A stretch of DNA of 64,000 nucleotides, taken from contig CALNAX010000070.1 in NCBI GenBank assembly GCA_937874465.1, positions 53,476-117,475 on the forward strand, given 5' to 3'. The notes under the pieces are model-generated. The model did no database searches, had not been told where the DNA came from, and worked only from the letters and a program-made list of their open reading frames with translations. The translations under genes were made by a program, and so were the position numbers. The stretch is from an uncultured Bacillales bacterium (GTDB lineage: Bacteria > Bacillota_I > Bacilli_A > RFN20 > CAG-288). This document shows, one piece after another, positions 56,761 to 64,000 of this stretch. How positions within the stretch are numbered: the stretch's first letter is position 1; each line of letters begins with the position of its first letter.

Positions 56761-57435
56761 CTATGCCTGGCGATTGCCCGTGAGGTTGGCGATGGCCAAA
56801 ACCGGGTCGACAGCCTTGCAAAGATAGGAACCGGAAACCAGGTAATCGGCTCCGGCCTGGACAGCCAAGGGACCGGTGACCTCGTTCATGCCGCCATCCA
56901 CTTCTAGTATTGCCGCCGGGTTGGTTCTTTCTAACATTTCCTTGGTCTTTTTTATTCTTTCGATGCCATCGGCAATGAACTTGCCACCTGAAGCGCCAGG
57001 ATGGACCGTCATTACCATGACCTTGTCGAAATACGGCACTAGTTTTTCGATCTCCTCCGGCTCAGTCTCCGGATTGAAGGCCAAGCCCAAGACCTTTCCC
57101 CTGCGACAATGGCCTATGGCATCGAGGAAGTCCATCGCCCCTGTCTTGATCGCCTCGTAATGGACCGTGACCTGTTCCGCTCCCAGCCTGAAGAAGGCCA
57201 AGGCGTGAGGGAGGGGATTGGTGACCATCAGATGGACATCGGCTTGGAATCCCGGTTTCACGATCTGGGTGAACAGGCTTTCCCCAAAGGAGATGTTGGG
57301 TACGAAATGGCCATCCATCACATCGTAATGGAGGATCTTGACCCCGGCCTTCGTCATCTTCGCCAGTTCGCCATCGATGTTCCCGAAGGGAAAGGAGAGG
57401 ACCGAGGGGAGCACGACTATGTTTTTTCTTGCCAT
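56761..57435 (-). CDS. rpe: ribulose-phosphate 3-epimerase
   Basis: PSVLSFPF, HYDVMDGHFVPNISFG and VDGG motifs. Confidence 0.95.
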   Translation of the reverse strand: MARKNIVVLPSVLSFPFGNIDGELAKMTKAGVKILHYDVMDGHFVPNISFGESLFTQIVKPGFQADVHLMVTNPLPHALAFFRLGAEQVTVHYEAIKTGAMDFLDAIGHCRRGKVLGLAFNPETEPEEIEKLVPYFDKVMVMTVHPGASGGKFIADGIERIKKTKEMLERTNPAAILEVDGGMNEVTGPLAVQAGADYLVSGSYLCKAVDPVLAIANLTGNRQA

Positions 57436-58347
57436 CTACTTTTCCTCCTTTTGGATATGGGAGTGGGTCGTCTTCTTTTCGTATCCTTTTTTGTCGTCGG
57501 ACATGGCCAAAAGACGCAGGTAATTGTCGTAGGAGTCTTGGGAAAGCTTGCCATCCTTCACGGCCTTTGCCACCGCGCATCCCTTTATCCCGTTATGGAG
57601 GCAGCCCTTGAACTTGCAGGAATAGGCAAAGCCATCGAAGCCCGGGAACTCGACAGCCAAATCGGGCTTTGGTATGTCCAGCTCGAAGTCCGAAAACCCC
57701 GGGGTGTCCCCCAGGAATCCGGATGCGAAGGGGTAGAGGACCACTTCCTTGGTCTGGTGACGTCCCCGTCCCATCCCTTCGTCCACCGTCCCGATCTTTT
57801 GCTTGAATTCCGGTTCGAGGCGATTGGCTAACGTCGACTTGCCAACGCCGGTCTGGCCCATGAGGATAGTGGTCTTCCCCCGGAACATGTCCCTTGAGGG
57901 TTGGTATTTCCAATTCGGGTCAAGGCCGGCCTCGAAAACCTTGTAGCCGAGTTTTCGATACCATTCCAGCCTCATGGTTAGTCTCTTTACGCCTTCCCCA
58001 TCCAAAAGATCCCATTTGGTTATGACGATGAAAGCCGGCACCGACATGTGGTGACAGCCGGTGAGGTATTTGTCCAACAGGAAGGAGGAGAAGGGGGGAT
58101 TCAAGGCCGAGACCAAGACGCCGGCCTGGTCCACGTTTGCGACCCTGGGCCTGGTAAGGAGGCCGTGACGGGGTTCGATGTCCTTCACGAGGCCATCGTC
58201 ATCGAGGATGGCGATGTCACCGATGAGAGGGATGCCATGCAAAGGCTCCTTGCCTTTGCGCCTGTTGGCCGTGACGATTCCCCTTCCCTCGACAAAGATT
58301 TGGTAGCCTTCGGAAGTGGAGCGCAGGATCTTTCCGGTTACCTTCAT
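57436..58347 (-). CDS. rsgA: ribosome small-subunit-dependent GTPase A
   Basis: OB-fold N-terminus, permuted GTPase (VITKWDL, GQTGVGKSTL) and C-terminal Zn-finger CKFKGCLHNGIKGC. Confidence 0.93.
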   Translation of the reverse strand: MKVTGKILRSTSEGYQIFVEGRGIVTANRRKGKEPLHGIPLIGDIAILDDDGLVKDIEPRHGLLTRPRVANVDQAGVLVSALNPPFSSFLLDKYLTGCHHMSVPAFIVITKWDLLDGEGVKRLTMRLEWYRKLGYKVFEAGLDPNWKYQPSRDMFRGKTTILMGQTGVGKSTLANRLEPEFKQKIGTVDEGMGRGRHQTKEVVLYPFASGFLGDTPGFSDFELDIPKPDLAVEFPGFDGFAYSCKFKGCLHNGIKGCAVAKAVKDGKLSQDSYDNYLRLLAMSDDKKGYEKKTTHSHIQKEEK

Positions 58348-59252
58348 CTTCTCTTGCGCCTTGTGAAAATGTTGCGGAAGAAAGAGGAGATCTTGGCGAA
58401 GATGTTGTGCTTCTCCTGCATCAGGTAGGGATTGGCCATGGTCTTTAGGATGTCTTCCCTTAGGTCATAGACGGACTGATAGCGGTCCAGGGGAGACTTG
58501 CGGCAGCAGCGGTAGATGATCCGGCAAACCGCGTCCGGGCAATCGGGATTGAACTTCTTGATGTTGGGGAATTTCTCGTTTAGGTGCTTCAAGGCGATGG
58601 CGACCGGTGAGTCCCCATCGAAGGGAAGCTTGCCGGTGACCAACTCGAAGAAGGTTATGCCCATGGCGTAGATGTCGCTTTGGGGTGTGGCCTGTCCGCC
58701 TTGGGAAAGCTCCGGAGCCAGGTAATGGACCGAACCTACCACGCTCTCGGTACGAGTGACGTGGGATGCGTTCATGAAGGTGGCAATGCCAAAGTCTCCC
58801 AGTTTTATGGTCCCGTCGGGTGTGACGAAGATGTTCTGGGGCTTGATGTCACGATGGATCACGCCATGGCGATGGGCGAACAGGACGGCGGAGCAAAGCT
58901 GGGACATGGCATCCAAGGCTTCCTCGGTCGAAAGGCGGCCCCTTTGATCCAGCACGCCCCTAAGGGTCTTGCCGTTTATGTACTCGTTCACCATATAGGG
59001 TCTGCCATTGTAAGCCCCGATGGTGATCACCTTCACGATGTTGGCATGGCTCAAGGAGGCAGCGGCTCTGGCTTCCCGTTCGAAACGCTGGACATTGATG
59101 GGGTTCTTCATGGTGTCTTCCTTGATCATCTTGACCGCCACTTGCCTTCCGGTGATGATGTCCTTCGCCTTGTAGACCGTGGCCATGCCACCTTCGCCGA
59201 GGACCGACTCGATCTGGTAGCGGTCGCCGATCAAGGTATCTTTCGGTTCCAT
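58344..59252 (-). CDS. Hanks-type Ser/Thr protein kinase, catalytic domain only
   Basis: GEGGMATVYKA, VAVKMI, HRDIKPQN, DFG and APE motifs. 302 aa ending in a basic tail, with no TM or PASTA repeats. Confidence 0.9.
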   Translation of the reverse strand: MEPKDTLIGDRYQIESVLGEGGMATVYKAKDIITGRQVAVKMIKEDTMKNPINVQRFEREARAAASLSHANIVKVITIGAYNGRPYMVNEYINGKTLRGVLDQRGRLSTEEALDAMSQLCSAVLFAHRHGVIHRDIKPQNIFVTPDGTIKLGDFGIATFMNASHVTRTESVVGSVHYLAPELSQGGQATPQSDIYAMGITFFELVTGKLPFDGDSPVAIALKHLNEKFPNIKKFNPDCPDAVCRIIYRCCRKSPLDRYQSVYDLREDILKTMANPYLMQEKHNIFAKISSFFRNIFTRRKRR

Positions 59253-59253
59253 A

Positions 59254-60009
59254 CTATGCGGACCTCTCTATCAGGGCTACCGAGACGTTGTCCAGCCCGC
59301 CTAAGTCATTGGCTCGGTTTATCAACGAGAGGCATTTGTTCTCGACTGGCGTATCGCGGGCCAAAATCATCGAAATCTGGGGCTCAGGCACCATATTGGT
59401 CAAGCCATCGGAGCAAAGCATCAATTCCTTGAAATCCGTTTTGTAGGTCTTTATGTCCAGTTTTAGGTTAGGTTCGATTCCCAAGGCATTGGTCAAGATG
59501 TTCTTGGAGGGGTGATGCTGCATCTGGGTGCGGGTGATCTTTCCCTCTTCATACAAAAGTTCCACATAGGATTGGTCGTTAGTCAAGGGCTTTATGTTCT
59601 TGCGGTTCTTTTTCAATTCGTAGCAGCGCGAGTCGCCCACATTTGCGACGATGGTATCCTTGTCCAAGACCAAGGCCACGACGGTCGTCGTGCCCATGCC
59701 GTAGCAGGTGGCATCGCCATTGGCCTTGGCGAAGATGGCCCCATTGGCATCTTGCAGGCATTTCTTCAACAGACGCTTGCCCTTCCAGGCGCTAATGGGA
59801 TTCTTGATGGCCCCGAATTCCTTCTTCAATGTCTCCAAGGCGATGCTTGAGGCGACTTCGCCTTTTCGGTGCCCGCCCATGCCATCGCAAACGGCCAACA
59901 AAGTGAAATCAGGGCCGGTGATTATGCCGGTCGAATCCTCGTTGGTCTTCCTGACCCTACCGATATCGGTGAGACAGTAGGCTTTGGTTACTATGCGTTC
60001 ATGTCCCAT
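59254..60009 (-). CDS. PP2C-family Ser/Thr phosphatase (Stp/PrpC)
   Basis: RKTNEDS, AVCDGMGGH and DNVS motifs. It lies adjacent to the kinase. Confidence 0.9.
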   Translation of the reverse strand: MGHERIVTKAYCLTDIGRVRKTNEDSTGIITGPDFTLLAVCDGMGGHRKGEVASSIALETLKKEFGAIKNPISAWKGKRLLKKCLQDANGAIFAKANGDATCYGMGTTTVVALVLDKDTIVANVGDSRCYELKKNRKNIKPLTNDQSYVELLYEEGKITRTQMQHHPSKNILTNALGIEPNLKLDIKTYKTDFKELMLCSDGLTNMVPEPQISMILARDTPVENKCLSLINRANDLGGLDNVSVALIERSA

Positions 60010-60069
60010 GGCTAGCCTCGATACTTTCTTAATTGTAAGACAACCGAGGCCCTTAATTCAGCCCCTGAA

Positions 60070-61395
60070 TCAGTCTTTGCGCTTGAGGACCGCAAAGTAG
60101 AGGCCATCCGACTTAAGTCCGTCGCCGTCGGCATAGGGGAAAATGGTCTTTTGGGTCAAGAGGGCGAAGTTCTTCCGCTGGTCGAGGAAGGCGTTGATGC
60201 GATCCTCGCCTTCTTCCTTCAGCACGGAGGGAACGGCATAGGCCAAGTAACCGCCCTTGGTCGGGAAGAACGATCCTTCAAGAAGGGCATCGTCCTGCTT
60301 GGCCATCGTTAGGTTCAAGGTATCGGGGTCGAATGTCACGTTGACGTCCGGGCGCTTACGGGTCTGACCGAGATGGGTGGAGGTAGGAGTCACCAGGACC
60401 AAATCGAAACTGTCGAACTGCTTCATGGTCTTTATCATCTTTGGCTCGGCAAGCAACTCCTCGACATTGGTCAATCCCAGACGGGAATGGAATCCCTTGG
60501 CCTTAGCGAACCGGCCTTCGTCTCCATAGGCCACGGTGACCGAACCGGCCTTCTTTAAAAACCGCAAGGCCAAGCCAGCCGAAGTGACTCCGCTTCCCCC
60601 ATTGACATGGAGTGCGCGGCCATATTGGAGAATCGGAAGGGCATCGAGAAAGCGGAAGTAGGAATAGTCTTGGGCGAACAACTGGTTCTTGGCCACTTCT
60701 TCGTATTGGCTGGCCCTCCCGCCCTTTACCGCCCAAAGACTGGCGCCTTCCTGGTAATCGCCAGAAAGGGATTTGAGTACCTTGAAGCGAGAATCACCCT
60801 CAAAGTCGGAGGCCTTCCTGAGCAAGGTGTTGACCGTGAGATAGAGGCTTGGGGCTTCCCGCAATGACAAAAGGATCTTGGTCGCCTCCTTGGCACCATA
60901 TTCGGCGATGTAGGCCGCCAGCACCCAACGGGGACAATTAAGCAGGAGGGAATCGTTTGAGAGAAAGTCGGCTTTGTATTGCTCCGGGACGAATTCCCTT
61001 TCGGGGGCCAAAGACAGAAGAGACGCCTTGCAATCGACTTCCGGCAAAACCAAGCCGTTGGCCTTGACGGTCTTGTCCAAGGAGCTCAATACCTCTTCCC
61101 TGTCGGCTTGGGGATTGCGCAGCTCGAAAAGGCTTGCCATCAGCAAGTAGGTCAGGTCGTCATCCGGCTGGAGGGAAGGAAACTTGTCCAACACCTGGGC
61201 CCTAAGCATCGGGAAGTCGCGCAGGATTCCGAATACATCGGCGATGGTGGTCTTGATATCCTGAGAACTGAGGTTATAGGTGTCCAAGGCCTTGTCTAGC
61301 GCCTGGGGCATTGCCAACTTGTCGTCCGCAATCTTTTTAAGCACGAAAAGAACTGGTGTCAGGTCCTTCATTGAATCCTCTTTCGAATCAGGCAA
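60070..61395 (-). CDS. RsmB/Sun-like protein with degenerate methyltransferase motifs
   Basis: NusB-like N-terminal half and a methyltransferase-fold C-terminal half aligned to E. coli RsmB. SAM and Cys motifs are replaced (see finding). It sits at the conserved operon position upstream of the PP2C and kinase genes. Confidence 0.7.
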   Translation of the reverse strand: [441 protein letters not shown]

Positions 61396-61464
61396 AGCGC
61401 CTATTTATCCTTTGAAGTATAGCATAAGGCCCTCTAGACGCCTCACCCTTTCTACAACCCTTTG

Positions 61465-61473
61465 TGCTAACCT
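61465..61473 (+). promoter_or_regulatory. extended -10 element 9 nt upstream of the next ATG
   Basis: TGCTAACCT, then AATTCCCGT, then the ATG at 61483. No SD is present. Confidence 0.4.
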
Positions 61474-61482
61474 AATTCCCGT

Positions 61483-63042
61483 ATGGAAATGAAAGAGAAG
61501 ACCCGGATCATCTTTTCCTATGTCCTGCTTGTCCTTTGCGGCTGTGCCCTGGCCTATACGTCCTGGGGTGTTTCCCTTTTCATACACAAACCCATAAACG
61601 TGCAGCTTTCCCTCATAGAACCGGTTGAATATTGGCCGGTGTTCTTCTTGGGCCTATTGAGTTTCACCGGATTCTTCTATCTCCAAGGAAGGCCAAAGAA
61701 CATAAAGTTGGCAAAGATATATGTGATAGTTGCATCTCTTTGGGTGGCTAGCGAATTGGCCAGGGTATTGACCGTCCCTTTGAAGCCTTCCCTCTTTTCC
61801 TTGGACAAGCCCTGGACTCCGTATCTCCCTTTCAGTTTCCTCTATTCGACCACCGTCAACAAGATGATGATGGACATCGGTACCGAACTCGTCTTTGTCC
61901 TTCTGCTTGGGGCCTTGATGTTGTATCTGCCGGCGATGAAGGGCTCTGACAAATTCGTGTCAGCCGTCCTTTGGGCCTTCGTGATCCTGGCCTATGTTTC
62001 CATTGCCTATACCTTCATGGCCCCCAGTGAGCTCGTCAAGTATGGAGAAATGTTCAATCACTTCTTGCGTGATTCCAATGCCAGCTATTCCCCGACGACG
62101 TCCTTCTTTTGGCAGAAGAACGTCTATGGCTTCTTCCTCTTCATGGGCATGCTTTCAATCATGGTCCTTAACGAAAGGAGGCGCACTTGGTTTACCTGGC
62201 CTAGCCTTTTGGTCTTTGCGTTCTTCAACCTCTTTGCCATCTGCAAGACCGTGATAGTCATTTGCGCCTTGCTTTACCCAGCATATTTCTTCTTCTGCCT
62301 TTTTAGGAGCTACAAGAATAACAAGATCCGAAACTCCATTTACCTGGCGTTGGTCAGCATAGCGATAATAGTCTTCTTGGCAATCTTCCTCCCATTCCTC
62401 AACAGTGGCACTTGGCGTTCCAAGAACCTCTTGGAAGCCTTGGCCAATGTCATCGGAATCGGTGGGACCACCATGAGCTTACGGGCCGAGCATTGGCTGG
62501 TGGCCATAAGCGTCAACGACAATCCCTTTAGGATCTTGTTTGGCTTTGGCTTCATCGCCGGTGAGGAAATAAGCCTAAGGTATCAGGAACAGTGGATGGC
62601 CAATGACATCCAGCGCACTTCCCATTCCTTCTGGGTCGATGTCTATCTTCGCTATGGGGCCTTGGGCCTCCTGTTGGAAGCGGTGTTGATGACATATCTG
62701 GTCTACTTGATTTGGCGCATCTGGAAGAAGGAGCGCTGGAATATGGCCCCTGTCCTCTTTTTGGTCTTGCTTGCCATAGTCGTCTACTCCCTGGATGAAT
62801 CCAAGGGCATCTTCTACCGTGACACCAATTCCTTGGCATTTTTGGCTGTCCTCTATTTCCCGGCTTCCGTCTATTCGTTCTCCTATGCGGACAGGGGCTT
62901 GGTAGTGGAAGAACGTACTAAACTGGGTCAGGCGGCAGAAGTCCTTAGGCCCTTCTACGATTCCCGTCTCTACTCCTCGCTATATACGAGCAAGGCAAGG
63001 GTTATAAGGGAACGCAAAGTAGGCGACAAAAAGGAGGCTTGA
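61483..63042 (+). CDS. O-antigen ligase/polymerase (Wzy_C)-family membrane protein
   Basis: 519 aa with at least 10 TM segments. A loop carries RAEHW and SHSFWVDVYLRYGALGLL, resembling the Wzy_C motif. Confidence 0.55.
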   Translation: MEMKEKTRIIFSYVLLVLCGCALAYTSWGVSLFIHKPINVQLSLIEPVEYWPVFFLGLLSFTGFFYLQGRPKNIKLAKIYVIVASLWVASELARVLTVPLKPSLFSLDKPWTPYLPFSFLYSTTVNKMMMDIGTELVFVLLLGALMLYLPAMKGSDKFVSAVLWAFVILAYVSIAYTFMAPSELVKYGEMFNHFLRDSNASYSPTTSFFWQKNVYGFFLFMGMLSIMVLNERRRTWFTWPSLLVFAFFNLFAICKTVIVICALLYPAYFFFCLFRSYKNNKIRNSIYLALVSIAIIVFLAIFLPFLNSGTWRSKNLLEALANVIGIGGTTMSLRAEHWLVAISVNDNPFRILFGFGFIAGEEISLRYQEQWMANDIQRTSHSFWVDVYLRYGALGLLLEAVLMTYLVYLIWRIWKKERWNMAPVLFLVLLAIVVYSLDESKGIFYRDTNSLAFLAVLYFPASVYSFSYADRGLVVEERTKLGQAAEVLRPFYDSRLYSSLYTSKARVIRERKVGDKKEA

Positions 63043-63043
63043 C

Positions 63044-63385
63044 ATGGTTAAGGCAATTCTGACTTTGGCATCGCATGATTATCCGCTTTGGACCGTCGAT
63101 GAGGACAGTGGCAGGAAGAACCCTGGCCTTCCGGCCTACATCCAGTCTCCCGAGGGCTTCGAGGATCTGCTGGATGCCATCCAAAGGGAATACGATTCCT
63201 ATTTTGTCTTGGATGGGGAGGCTTTGGAATTCAAGGGCTTTGCCAACGAGGAAGAGCGGGACCACCTGGCCAAGGAGTCATACGAAGCGGAGCGGATCTT
63301 GAAAAGCGCCGTGGGTGACTCTTTGATGGTGGAGAATCGCATCCCAAGCATCTTGATGTTGGCTCCGGTAAAGAAGGCTAAGTAG
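63044..63385 (+). CDS. hypothetical protein
   Basis: 113-aa ORF starting 1 nt after the upstream stop and followed by a terminator. No motif recognised. Confidence 0.5.
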   Translation: MVKAILTLASHDYPLWTVDEDSGRKNPGLPAYIQSPEGFEDLLDAIQREYDSYFVLDGEALEFKGFANEEERDHLAKESYEAERILKSAVGDSLMVENRIPSILMLAPVKKAK

Positions 63386-63402
63386 GCTGGAATCCCCGCA
63401 CC

Positions 63403-63431
63403 AAAAAAGACTGGGATGACCAGTCTTTTTC
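63403..63431. terminator. bidirectional terminator
   Basis: A run, GACTGG, loop GATGA, CCAGTC, T run. It lies between convergent genes. Confidence 0.75.
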
Positions 63432-63435
63432 ATTC

Positions 63436-63972
63436 CTACTTGTCGCCGTCTTTTTTGGCTTCGTTCTTTTCCTTGTAGTATTCGATCGTCGCTTGATCCT
63501 TGCTAAGCTCGGGATGGGCAGCCACGAAGTCGTCCAGCTCCTGGAAGACGTTGCCCATGTAGGGCTCGGGTTCGGCTCCCTCTTCGTCTTGGTCGTCCTG
63601 TTCGGTCTCGGCCTTGACCATGTTGGTATTGTCCATGTAGTCGGGATAGTCATGGTCGATTTCGTCGTATTCGCTTTCGCTGTCGAAATAGGTGAAGACT
63701 ATGTGGGAATGGATGGCGATTTCATGGAGGCGGCGTTGCAAAAGCTCGACCACATCCTTCTCCTTGGGCTTCAGGTCCTTGGGTAGGAGGACTTCCACAA
63801 GGACATGGAAGCTGGTCTGCTCCTGACCGCCGTGGACGAAGAACGACTCGGGGGTAACGAAGACCAACTCCTCTTCCTTGATTCCAAGCCTTTTGGCCAA
63901 GGACCGCTGGACGGAGTTGGAGAACTCCATCGCGATTACCTGGTCGGCTCCTTCAATCTTTATGAATACCAT
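63436..63972 (-). CDS. hypothetical protein with an acidic C-terminal half
   Basis: 178-aa ORF. The N-terminal ~95 aa (MVFIKIEGADQV...) look like a small alpha/beta domain, possibly tautomerase-like. Low certainty. Confidence 0.5.
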   Translation of the reverse strand: MVFIKIEGADQVIAMEFSNSVQRSLAKRLGIKEEELVFVTPESFFVHGGQEQTSFHVLVEVLLPKDLKPKEKDVVELLQRRLHEIAIHSHIVFTYFDSESEYDEIDHDYPDYMDNTNMVKAETEQDDQDEEGAEPEPYMGNVFQELDDFVAAHPELSKDQATIEYYKEKNEAKKDGDK

Positions 63973-64000
63973 TTCCTACTCCTATTGGCCTATCTATTCT

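Overview
This is a housekeeping chromosomal window (about 50-55% GC by eye, standard code 11) from a Bacillota-type bacterium. It has strongly Bacillus-like gene order and looks genome-reduced. Recognisable blocks: eno; cmk-der-gpsA; gpsB-rnpB (type B RNase P RNA)-pgsA-cinA(C-terminal domain only)-recA-rny-ymdB-spoVS; mutS-mutL-miaA-fhs-folD-like; ychF-argS-rpoE-nrnA; and rsmB-like-PP2C-kinase-rsgA-rpe divergent from rpmB. There are also four tRNAs, several ABC transporters, and one accessory-looking secreted-protein/subtilase locus at 23.4-29.4 kb. I saw no CRISPR array, transposase, integrase, prophage or defence genes, and no convincing novel multi-gene system. The unusual signals are at the gene level. 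(1) Four intact homologues appear, by eye alignment to remembered references, to have lost catalytic residues: AdhE-like, RsmB-like, FolD-like and GH32-like. (2) The S8 protease locus is decayed: its 5' end is missing, it carries a frameshift and an in-frame TAA, and it abuts a start-less paralogue head to head. (3) One member of a fused ABC exporter pair is frameshifted. (4) Two tRNAs carry C instead of U at T-loop position 55. (5) An orphan intrinsic terminator marks a possible small RNA next to tRNA-Leu. (6) A TGCTAnnnT extended -10 promoter motif recurs, and three genes look leaderless. (7) L28 and SpoVS carry Ala/Pro-rich tails, MiaA has a C-terminal extension, and the PrkC-like kinase has no TM or PASTA region. 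All homology calls come from motif reading and memory of reference sequences, not from searches.
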